Source: Vitrella brassicaformis CCMP3155
Taxonomy: Eukaryota > Protista > Chromerida
DNA: 64,000 bases
Direction of reading: 5' to 3'
Assembly: GCA_001179505.1 (NCBI GenBank)
Contig: CDMY01000436.1
Coordinates: 186,001-250,000, forward strand
Part shown: piece by piece, positions 23,963 to 34,712 of the stretch
Numbering within the stretch: the first letter of the stretch is position 1
Layout: each line of letters starts with the position of its first letter
Position numbers and translations under genes: made by a program
Notes under the pieces: generated by a model
The model's input: only the letters and a program-made list of their open reading frames with translations
Told to the model about the DNA's origin: nothing
Database searches by the model: none

Positions 23963-24731
23963 ATGGCATCATCAACGTCAGTGATCTGCGGCACGGCTGC
24001 CCTCCTCCTGCTTCTGTCTGCCTGCCTGTGCGAGGCCTTCACCCTGCCATCCCGCGGCAGCCCTCTCCGCGGCGCCCCAGGCAGGCCAGCCCTGACGAGG
24101 AGGGAGGTGGTGTACCAGTACGACATGGCCTACCTCGCCACTGTGGCGCAGCGGCAGCCCGTGACGGGCTTCTACTACTTCCCCGAGTGCAAGTTCTGCC
24201 AGAAGGTCTTCGACTGGGCCAAGGAGAAGGGCGTGGACCTCGAGGCCAAGGGCGTCCAGCTCAAAAACATCAAGGACGCTTCGGGCGACCCCACTGAGTT
24301 CAGCCTCGAGCTGCTCGCAAAGGCAGTCGGCAACAAACAGGTATGTGCGGTGCATGCGATGCGATGCGATGCGTCCGTGGGAGGGTAGATGGCTGATCGA
24401 TGGTATTGCCTGCCGGTTTGTCTGTGTGCGTGGCGTGGCGTGGCGTGGCAGGTTCCTGCCCTGGAAATAGGCGGCCAGCACATAATGAAGGAGTCGGGGG
24501 ACATTATCGCTCTCCTCTCAAAGCTCTGGTTCGACGAAGAGGTGAGCCGAGCCCGCGACCAAAAGCGAGTGCAGTGCATCACACATGTCACACGCGCCAA
24601 CTATCGTCAATCGTCTGTTCTTCGTTTGCTCGATCTCTCCTCCTTGTGCCCGCCAGGTGCAACGGCAGCTCAACAGCGGTCCAGGCATCAAGGTCGAGTC
24701 CTACATGGAGATCGCTGACCTTCTCGACTGA
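23963..24731 (+). CDS. Glutaredoxin/GST-N-like thioredoxin-fold protein with bipartite (signal + transit) plastid-targeting presequence
   Basis: MASSTSVICGTAALLLLLSACLCEA-FTLPSR (Phe after the predicted cleavage), active site YFPECKFCQKV, cis-Pro KQ|VPAL and MKESGDII. 3 exons, ending ...EIADLLD*. Confidence 0.82.
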
Positions 24732-25632
24732 TCCAACCGCCGCCGACCCACACCACACCCAGCTGTTCTCATGCTTTTCTCGACTGCGTGGTCTGATCTG
24801 CCAATCCAATGAATGCCAGTTGTTGATTTTTCTGCCGACGATAGAGAGGGGGGCGTGTTGATCTGCCGGCGACAGAGAGGGGCGAATTGCATCTTCGGAT
24901 GGGTGTGTGTGTGCGGGACTGCTTTGTAGAGTACCTACCTTACTTTGGGGAGAGCGATCGCGTTCGTGTGTGTGTGTGTGTGTCCCGTTTTGCAATGGAT
25001 TCAGCGCGGATCGAGCGGATCGGGCCGGGCAGGGTGGCTTGTAAGGTTTTTCGGTGTGTGGTGGGTACATGCCGTGGGGTGCACTTCTTGTTCATCATTG
25101 AGAAGAAACGGTCGAGTCCTGTAATGCGCTTTTCGTCGCGTTGATAACTTGAGCAACTGGAACGCTTTCCCTCTCCCTGTCGGCACAGCGAGGGGCGGAG
25201 CGTTGCAGTCGCGAGGACCAATCAGCGGGCGAGGAAAAGGGCACGGTGCAGGCACTAAGAGATCACTGACTGCATGGCTGCGATGAGGGTGAGAGCGGCG
25301 GGTTGGCTGACTGTCTGTCTCTCCAAATGGAGATGACTACATAGCTTGGATGATGGATGGACCCTGCGGCATGTGTGTGCATTCGTGCTGATACATACCG
25401 TCTCGTGAGCGAGTTTTTCACTCAAATATCATTCCTTCCTCCGAAAACGTGCAGCTCACTGGGAACCTGGCCCACACCTGTGCCCGGATCCCCTGGCCGG
25501 AAAAATAGTGCGATCGGTGTTGGAGGCAGGGAGAAGGCCAAGGCGCAGCTACTGCGCCGCTGCTGCATCCCTGTGCGCGTGTTCTATCGTTTGGCGGCCG
25601 GCAGCATCGATTCAGCCTTCCTTCCCGCAGCC

Positions 25633-26650
25633 ATGAGGTACGCACCGCATCCGTGTTAACATGCTTTCTCTTTTGATGGGGTGCATCTGACCGTCGTTGT
25701 CTGCGTATACGGGTCTGTCTGCAGTGAGCCGCGGGACATGTATGACCTTCAGGGGAACAAACTGCTAGCCAACTATGGGCCGCGGATGCCCGACCCCTCC
25801 GGCGAGTGGCGTATCGTAGAGTGAGTGAGAACCCCATATATACCACATCACATCACAGGACACGTACCATTCCATCCATCCATCCATCCCACGCTCTCGC
25901 TCTCTCCTTTCTTCCTTCTCTGCACTGTGTTCTGCCCTGTGTTGTGTGTGTTGTGGTGTGTGCAGGTTGTCGAAGGACGCGTTCAAGGCGTACAAGCAGA
26001 TCAAGCGCGGCCTGCTGGCCACCATGGGCGGCCGGCAGGCTCAGGGCCGCACCTTCACCATATCGGAGCACGTACGTTAGTCAACCACACGCATAGCATA
26101 CATACCCACACAGAGAGAGTGAGAGGCATTCCATCCACTCAGACGGTCTGTGTGCATTGCAAATGGTGGGTATATTGTGATCTTTGTTTGCATCATGCAG
26201 TACTGGCGGGACCAGTTGGGATTGCACATGTCGTCTGGCTGGATCCACATGGGCAATGCCCAGTAAGAAGGAAGGAAGGAAGCCACACACCCATCCCCAC
26301 CCCAGATCCCATCCCCTTTTGCCTCATTTCATTTCCCTCTCTCGCCTTGTGCTGTGGTGTGGTGTGTTGTGTTGCGTATGATTCTATCTATCATCAGGAA
26401 GGAGCCCCAGATGATGCTGTTCCACCTGCCCAAGGCCGTGACTCAGGCGCAGGCGCAGGCCAAGGCGGCCGCCGCCAAGCCCGCGGTGCCTGTGGTAGCG
26501 CCTGCTCCCGGGCAGGGGGCCAACAACAACCAGAACAACCTCCAGAACCAGAAGCAGAACCAGAGCAACAGCAAGAACAACGCCAACGTGAAGCGCCCCC
26601 CCGAACCCGGTGGCGGTGCCGGCGGCAACAAGCGCCCCCGCAAGGGCTAG
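25633..26650 (+). CDS. Divergent CKS1/Suc1 (cyclin-dependent kinase regulatory subunit) with N/Q-rich C-terminal tail
   Basis: Spliced MS|EPRDMYDLQGNKLLANYGPRMPDPSGEWRIVE|LSKDAFKAYKQI...FTISEH|YWRDQLGLHMSSGWIHMGNAQ|KEPQMMLFHLP. This aligns by eye with CKS YSxKY..EYRHVxL...LMSExEWRxLGVQQSxGWVHY..HxPEPHILLFRRP. Ends GGNKRPRKG*. Confidence 0.72.
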
Positions 26651-27778
26651 CTAGACACACACATACACACCACATCACATCACACCATACACGTACAGAT
26701 GCACACACACATACGACAAACCGAAAGACAGACAGACAGATGGATAACCTAAGACCGGGGCACACGCATGACCGATGTAGCTAGTGGCCGGCCGGCGTGT
26801 GTGGGGGGTGGGGTGCCTGCCTGATCCGATCCGGCTGGTACGTTTGTTTGTGGTCCAATTCATTCCAATGTGTGCGTGGATGCGTGGGCTGATGGATGGA
26901 TGCTCCTGGCTGGCGCGGGAAATGAGGGAACAGACAGACAGAGGTCTCTCCTTCTAGAGAGAGACTGTTGGCTCGTTAGTTGGCTGATGTTGGATGGAAG
27001 GGACAGAGAGGGAGAGGGAGAGGGAGAGGGGAAGGGGAAGGGGAGAGAGCCTCTGCTCTGTAGGCAGAGAGGCAGGTATGTAACCACAACATGACACAGA
27101 CACGGACCGACAGCTACACACACACACACACACACATCCACACATCCACACAGCACACTAGCTCACCCTTGTTGGCGAATTCGATGGTCCACACCACACA
27201 CCTACCTCTACCTCTGAGGCTCCATGGCTGGATGGCTGGATGGATGGATGTTTTCCTTGGCATGGCATGGCATGGACGGCTGCTGGTCTATGGTCGCGTG
27301 CTGGTGTTGCGTAAGTCACTGGATGCGGGTGTTGGTGGCGTGGTGCGTGACGTGCAATATAGTAATGGGACTGGATGGATGGATGGCCGCCTGTGTGTGT
27401 GTGTGCATACCTACACGTATGGCCTGGCTGACGGACACGCGCATACGGTACACCGCTCGAAGCTTATCGTGACAGCTGCCACACCACATGTGTCTGTCTG
27501 TCTGTCTGTCCAAAGCAACAACACAACAACCCCTGACCAACCCGCCAAATGATGAAAGACCACCTTCATTCCCCTCCCACACACACGCACACGCACACAC
27601 CTACACCTACACCTACACCTGCGCTCACACTCACACACCGATGTCTCTGTCTGTCTTATCAATCAATCAATTCGATAGACCGCTTACAGCCCTCGCACTC
27701 ATACCCTCGCACTCACTCATGCAAATCAACACAGGCACGTCGCTCCATACGTCCCTCCGCAGTCCACTCACTCATCAA

Positions 27779-30206
27779 TCAGTCAACTGTCTCTCTCCAC
27801 CTGTCCGCATCCCTCTGCAGAAATGGCTCAGTCATCTCCTCAATCACCCTTTGGAAGTGCTCGTACTTGGCTGTCATCACGGCCTCCGCCTCTGTCGGCG
27901 ACCACTTCAGGTCGTTGAACGCCCCTCTGCCGTCCCATTTGACCTGCGCAGATGTCTCGAGCTTTGTCACCTCTATGTTGCTGTCGTCGCTGCAATCGGT
28001 GCCATCACGGAGGCCGGCCATCTTGTTGCTGGTGCCCACCTGCTGCTGCTGCTGTGGAATGGCGCGGACAATGCCGCCTGATAGACAGGCACACAGAGGG
28101 TAGATGTGTGGTTACAGGCGAGGGCTCCATGCGTGTGCCTATACCAAGGCAGCCTGTGATCAACTCGGCGTCATCGCCGATCTGCGTGGCGGCGTAAAGT
28201 GAGTTAAACTGGATGCCGCACCCCGTCCTGATGGATGCGATGCCAAAGGATGCATCGACGGAGCAGGCCAGGCAGGCATTCTCTGTGTCTGTCATCTGCT
28301 GGCTTACGTACGTGATGTGGAAGGCCTCCTCCCCCGACGTCGCGTTGATGGCGTCAAAGGTCCAGCAGCCACGAAAGGGACCTGCACACACCACACCACA
28401 CGGGCGGACCACATGCCATCACACTGATTGACGAATGAACAAGACAGCTGCCATCCCGTCATGGCTCACGTGCTGGTTTGCCGTCCTCGTCTCTCCGCGA
28501 CACACCATACAGAAGCCCTGCACCACACCACACCGCACAGCACAGTAAGCCTCACACACAAGCAGTACGTGCCTCTGCTCTGTGTGTGTGTGTACCTGTC
28601 TTCCGCGACAACGTGGGAATGCCGTTGGCGAAGAAGAGGTCGGGTCTGCTCCATGGCGACGTGAGCTGGAGCGTCCCGTTGTTGTCCAGCTGGAGCGTCA
28701 TCTTCTGGATGCCCAAGGGACTATCGCCAAGCAGCACGACGAACAGGGACCGCATTTGTTGGATCAGGATGAACTGACAAGCAGGGGATGAGGGTATAGA
28801 AAGGTGGACGGGCTGTTTGGCGTGTGGTGTGCTGCTTACGGGTGGCAGCTGGATGCCGACCCGCTGGATGAGTGTCTCGATCTGGGTGAAGAAATCATCC
28901 GACGCGTGCGCCACATCCTGCGCCACGCTGGTCAGGGCGTTGTTGACCACATATAAGTCCGAGCCGCTCACCAGCACCGACTGATGCAGAAACACACAAC
29001 ACAACACAACACAACAGCACATCCGATCTTCACCCACCCTTCTCCCACCCACTCACTCACACCCACCTGATCGCTGAAGACGTCCTTGATGTCCTCTTGC
29101 CCAAAGTCTACCACTCGCGACGCTGCCACCTGTCCAATCTCAGCGTCCACCACTACCACTTTCTGCGGCGCATCGCCGTCAGATATCACCACATACCGCC
29201 GGCCGTCATGCATCATCAGCGACGGCGTCGAGCCTGACCCAGTGCGACTCAGGCGGCCAGGGACGGGCGTGTCGAGGACGTCATAGGGCGACGCCCAGAC
29301 GACCTCAAAGCTGCCCTGAGACGCTACAGTTGCGTTGCTGGATGGGGGGTGGAATAGCACCTTGTAGAGCTGGGCGTTGGTCACCAGATAGACATTGTTC
29401 TCTTCATCGAGTGCCACAGAGTTGGACACTTCCTCCTCCCCCCCTCCCAGCAGCAGAGGCACGGCGGTCTCGACGAAATCTGCCGACCCATCCGGGCCCT
29501 TCACGAGCTGCACGGCGCCAACCCGCCCCCTGGTGGTAAAGAATATCGCGTGGGCAGCCTCCAGCCCCTGTTCTTCCGGCGGGAACGACATGGTCATGGC
29601 GATAAAGCTCTCGCCTTCCAGCAGCCCCTCGGAGCCGGTGGTCATGTTGGTAATCTCAAAGTGGGCGAGGATCTTGATGGGCGAGCGGGGATCTGACGGG
29701 TCTTCGGAGTTAAGTGCGAGCAGGCGAACACCATTGGGGTCGAAGAAGGCCCCGTCGGCGGCGACGAAGCCGTAGATGCCGTGATAGACGTCCTCATTGG
29801 CGGCCTCGAGTGGCTTGACATAGCAGGCCAGCACCTCGAGATCCGTCGCGTTGCGGCCGATCTTGCAGATGTCGGTGAAGGTGGACGTCCACATGTAAGA
29901 AGACGACCCACCGCCCTCTCCGTCTCCCTCACCACCCATCGGGCCGGCGTAGTGCAGGCTGAGCGGGTCCAGGAGATTCAAGTCAAAGAGGACGTTCTTG
30001 GCGATGTTTTCTGCTGAAGTTGGCGCCATGCTGTCCGTCGATTGCGCTGAGTAGGGGCCGCCGAGAGCCATTGGCCATGAGGACCGTGCCAGTGCTGGGT
30101 TGCGGACGGCTGCAGCAGGAGCAGAATCGGCTGGGTGAGTGGAGACAAAGAACAGCAGGAGCAGCAGCAGGGCTCTGAGCACAGCGGGGGGAGGAGCCGA
30201 GGACAT
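27779..30206 (-). CDS. Secreted beta-propeller-like protein resembling an uncharacterised bacterial family
   Basis: Signal peptide MSSAPPPAVLRALLLLLLFFVSTHPADS, then a ~1.1 kb first exon. Motifs VSNSVALDEENNVYLVT, VVWASPY, GRLSRTGSGSTPSLM, VVISDG, SDQ|SVLV..YVVNN, ANGIPTLS, WTFDAINATSG and FNSLYAATQIG. Confidence 0.75.
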
Positions 30207-30324
30207 CGCCAGAACTTCGCGTTTGGACAATCACACCCTGACGTTGCACGGTCGACAGAAATAGCAGTTCGTAGAGTCCATAATTCCGAAATAATATCGC
30301 TACAACAGCCACTCCGTCTTTTCG

Positions 30325-31698
30325 ATGCGCGATCCCTCTCTCGACTACGACGGCTACGGCTGCCGCACTGCCCATACCTCCGCCCATCCCTCGTCGATAT
30401 CGCTCCCGCTGCCCTTCCAGGCAGACCAGCCTCACTCGCAGCAGGCCCTGCTATCCCTGTCGCTCGTCCGCAACTGCCCATCCGACTCCCTCTCGCCTCT
30501 CACACACTCCACGCTGTCGTCGCAGAGGGATGATGACGACGGGCCCGGAGCAAGGATGACGGAGGAGGCGCGGCAGAGGCAGAAAGACGTGCTGCGGCAG
30601 CTGTTCAGGAAGACAAAGGTGAGAGGGGGGAGGGAGGGAGGGAGGGAGGGAGGGTAAAGGGGGGCTCTGTCTCGTTTTGATGTGCCAGTGGTGGTCTCAC
30701 AATTATCCGTTACAAAAAGGTTGACGTGTGTGTGTGTGTGCGTGTGTGTGTAGATGTGTCCGTGGCTGCACACGGGCAAGTGCACGCGTCAGGACCGGTG
30801 CAACTTCGCCCACACGCTGGACGAGCTCCGCCCGCGGCCTTCAAACACTGACGTGAGCGATCTCACCTCACCTCTCCTCACCTCACCACGGCATTAATTG
30901 TCGACTGCTGCACGTCACTGTTTGACTTAAGTACTTGATCGCTGTCTATACCGTCGTGTGTTGTGTGCCTTTCTTTGTGTGTTTGGTGAGCAGGATTTCG
31001 GGTTTGACCCTCGTTACTGGAAGAAGCCCAAGAAGAAGAAGGACAAAGTGCGACCTCACTACCTCATCACTGGTATCAATCACATCACACGCGAAGACAC
31101 AGACCCACAGAGAACGTTCCCTGTATCTCATCTATCTATCTTTGCGTGTTCCATGTGCCGTATGTGTGTATCAGGGTCGAGTCACGGTCACTCCCTGTGT
31201 GGACCCTCCCCGTCTCTGTGCGTCTCCCTCGACCACCCCCCGCCCTACGACTCCATCGGCTTCCCCACCACACTCACCCACCCTGACGCCAACCCCTCCT
31301 ACGACAACGTCCCACCCCACATCCCTCCAATAACCTACACCTCCCCCCCCTACAGCACCCACTCCCCCACACCCACCATGCACCCCACAGACAACGCAGC
31401 CGCCCACCACAACCCCCACACGGCGACAACGGACAGGGCGGCCATCATCCCCTCCGTCGACCCACACCCACACACGCACCCACTGCCCCTGCTGCAGATG
31501 GCCACATGGCCATGGAGCAGCCCCCTTAGCGAGCAGCCCCCGATGAGCCCGACGGACCTGCAGACGCCCACTTTGCCGCCCAGCTATGGGGTGGTGGACG
31601 AGGCGCATGAGCAGGAGCACAATGACCGTGAGGAGCCTGAGGAGCACGTGGGGGAGCTGCAGCGGCTCATCAAGAACTGGGGCTGCATAGTGGGCTGA
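30325..31698 (+). CDS. CCCH zinc-finger protein with Pro/Thr/His-rich C-terminus
   Basis: QLFRKTK|MCPWLHTGKCTRQDRCNFAHTLDELRPRP. 4 exons, ending ...KNWGCIVG*. The start is 30325 or the in-frame ATG at 30556. Confidence 0.8.
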
Positions 31699-32129
31699 CG
31701 GACGGACGGACGGAGGGAGGGAAGGACGGGCAACGGCCCCGTCTGTCTGTCTGTCTGCCTGTCTGTCTGCGAGTGTTGCTTTTTCTTTCTTCATACTTCC
31801 TCCCTCCCTCCCTCTGTTTTGTTCCTTCTTTTCATATGCTGGTGGGTAGCTGGCTGGCTGCATCTCGTCAGTCACATTCCTCCATCCATCCATCCATCCA
31901 TCCTTTCTTCTCCCAAGCTGCCTGCCACTGACTGCATCGCACCACCCTTGCGTACCCTACCGTACCCACTCGCTGCCACGCACAGCAATGCATAGCATAG
32001 CATAGCATAGCATACACTCACTCAGTCACGCACTGACAAATTCCGCCCATCTGTCCACCCCACCCGACCCGTCTGCTGTGCGCCCCCGCGCCCTTTCTGT
32101 CTGTCTGTCTGTCTGTCTGTGTAGGCAGG

Positions 32130-32164
32130 TAGCGTAGCGTAGCGTAGCCTAGCCTAGCCTAGCC
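32130..32164 (+). repeat. Compound pentanucleotide microsatellite (GTAGC)n-(CTAGC)n
   Basis: gtagcgtagcgtagcgtagcctagcctagcctagcc. Confidence 0.85.
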
Positions 32165-34609
32165 TGCGTCCGTCTGGGTAAACGGATAGATAGATAGATC
32201 CTGTGTGTATGGCCAAGTGTTTAGTGTATTTGTGCGGATCCATAACATACATACACTCACCCAGTCAGTCAGCCACCCACCGACCCACCGACCGACCTAC
32301 ACAATCGAAGTCCTAATTGGGTCTTCCCTTGCTCCTTTCTCTCTTCCTCTCTGTCTCTTCTTCCATCTAGATGAGATACGTGACAGCCAGGGGGCGGGCG
32401 GGTCGTTGAGCGGCAGACAGAGGCACAGAGGAGAGAGCGGCCGGAGGGAGACAGAGAGACTGAGAGATGGATGGGTGTGAGAGAGGCATGCACTGCGTGA
32501 AACGGCTGTGTGTGGGGGATGTCCTCGCGTCAATGGGTGTGTGTGTGTGTATGTGGGTGTGGGTGTGGGTGTGCTTGTTGTTGTTGTTGTGTGATGTATC
32601 TATCCCTCCTCGTGTGTGATGTCATGCGCCTGCTGTGGCGTGTACGTGTGTGCTAAAGACGGTAAGAGATGTACTGAGTGAGTGAGTGAGCGCAGGGGTT
32701 GTCATTTGCCTGCGTGCCGATCTTCTTACGCGCGCACACACACACACACACACACACGAGCTCAATGGCTCTCATGCTCTTTCCCATGGATGGATCGATG
32801 TCGCCATGTTAGCTATCATGATGGATGCCTATCGATTTTTCCTTTGCCGCGCTTGCCCGATGTCTATCATATCGCATCGTCTTGTCTGTCTCTCTGCAGA
32901 TGTATGTCTGTCTGTCTGTCTCGTGTTTTGTTTGTCCATCCTAGTGTGGCCGCATCATTGGTTGGTTGGTCTCTCTCTCTCTCTCTCTGTCTGATTTTGT
33001 GTGAGTGCGCTAGTTCGTTCCCCTGTTGGTCCGTCATGCCTGTCTGTCATTGGTCGGCTGTGCGTGGCTCTTGGATGGATGGATGGATGAATGGATGGAC
33101 GCCTTGTGGGTAGGTGTGTTGGGTATTGGCTTGTGGAGGGAGAGTGGCGTCACATCCAGACAGTCAGACTGAGAATGACGCTCACCAAGGCCAATGCATG
33201 CCCCCTCTTGGTCGTCAGTCATATCATGAAAATAACACAGCTGCTTTTCCTACCGTCACGTCACCTAGTTCCTGGTCCGTGGATGCGTGTGTGCAGGTGT
33301 GTGTGTGTGCGTGTGTGTGTGTGCGTGTGTGTGTGTGTACCTTACACATGCAGGCGTACGCACATACCTACTTGCCCATGCATACCAGGCAGGCAGGCAC
33401 TCAAACAGGCAGCCAGGCACCAAGCTTTTGTCCGCTCGTCGTCTGTACGCTTCTCACGCTATCTTCGTTCGTCTGCCCGTTTGGCGGTGCACTCATTGGT
33501 GTCTGTGTGTCTGTGTGGGGGGATGTTGTCCATGTCTACGTGTGTGTGCCCTTCGTTGTGTGCTGTGTCATGTGTACAGACAGGTACATATGTGTGTGTG
33601 TGTGTGTGAGATATAGATGACGATTGCTTGCCTGTGTCCGTTCCGTAGCGTATCTGCCTGTGTGCTACACACGTGTATGCGTGCCACGTTGGGGCGCTAG
33701 GTCGTTGGTTGCTGCTCCACAATCGCATCCACTTCGTGCTGAGCGGGTTAAGCGTACACCTACACACCTGCACACAATGGAATACATGCTTCCTTCGGCG
33801 GAAAAGCGTTGATGTGTGTTGAGACACGACAGGCAGGCAGGCAGGCGGCGAGACACACACGCCGCCCGGCTGGTATGTAGGTCTTTTTCGCACTGACGAC
33901 CGCACTACCACAATGATGGACATGATGCTGCAAGGCCTAGGGTGCTTGCTGCCTGTGCTGGTGTTTGTATCACTATATCTACGCTAGCTACCCTACGCTA
34001 CGCTTCGCTCCGTAAGTACGTAAGTAACGCTGCTGCTGGTGAAGGCGGCTTTTTTCCACTACAGTATGCAGCCAACTAAGGCAGCATGTCGATCGTTTTG
34101 GCTTTTGTGTCCTGCTGGCTGGCTGGCTGGCTGCCGGGTTGCCTTGCCGGGCTGACTGCATTCCATGAGGCGAGGCGCAGGAAGGTACATACATACATAC
34201 GTACGTACGTACATCCATGGACAGATAGAGGATCGGTGTACGGTACGAGTACCTGTGGGTGTGGTGTTTCATCGATCGGCCGGTGGATGGATGGATGGAT
34301 GGCCTTTTCCGCTTGTCTACAGGTGCGTTTGTATCGCTCTCCATCTGCACGTGCGTGTGCCATCCACACGTACAGCGCCATGCCACTCATTCCATCGATC
34401 GGCTTCTGCGTACATACGCATATATGCATACGTACACACATACGTACATATTCTTCTTACGTACTTTCATAGACGTGGTCGTTTAAGTCAGGTCGGGTTG
34501 CTTGCTTGCTGAGACTCGGTCAGCTGTGGCGGGGCGGGGCGGGGCGGGGGGATGGGTCCATTGGTCACTCATCCAGTCATTGGTGCTTTGGTGCTGCTGC
34601 GATGCTGCA

Positions 34610-34712
34610 TACATACATACACACATACACACATACACACATACACACATACACACATACACACATACACACATACACACATACACACATACATACATAC
34701 GTACACACATAC
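34610..34712 (+). repeat. 8-bp-period tandem repeat (ACACATAC)n with ACAT flanks
   Basis: About 9 consecutive acacatac units are visible. Confidence 0.9.

Noticed and set aside
34610-34712. CRISPR-like or satellite array
   Set aside because: It is a simple 8-bp microsatellite without spacers, in a eukaryotic context with no cas genes.
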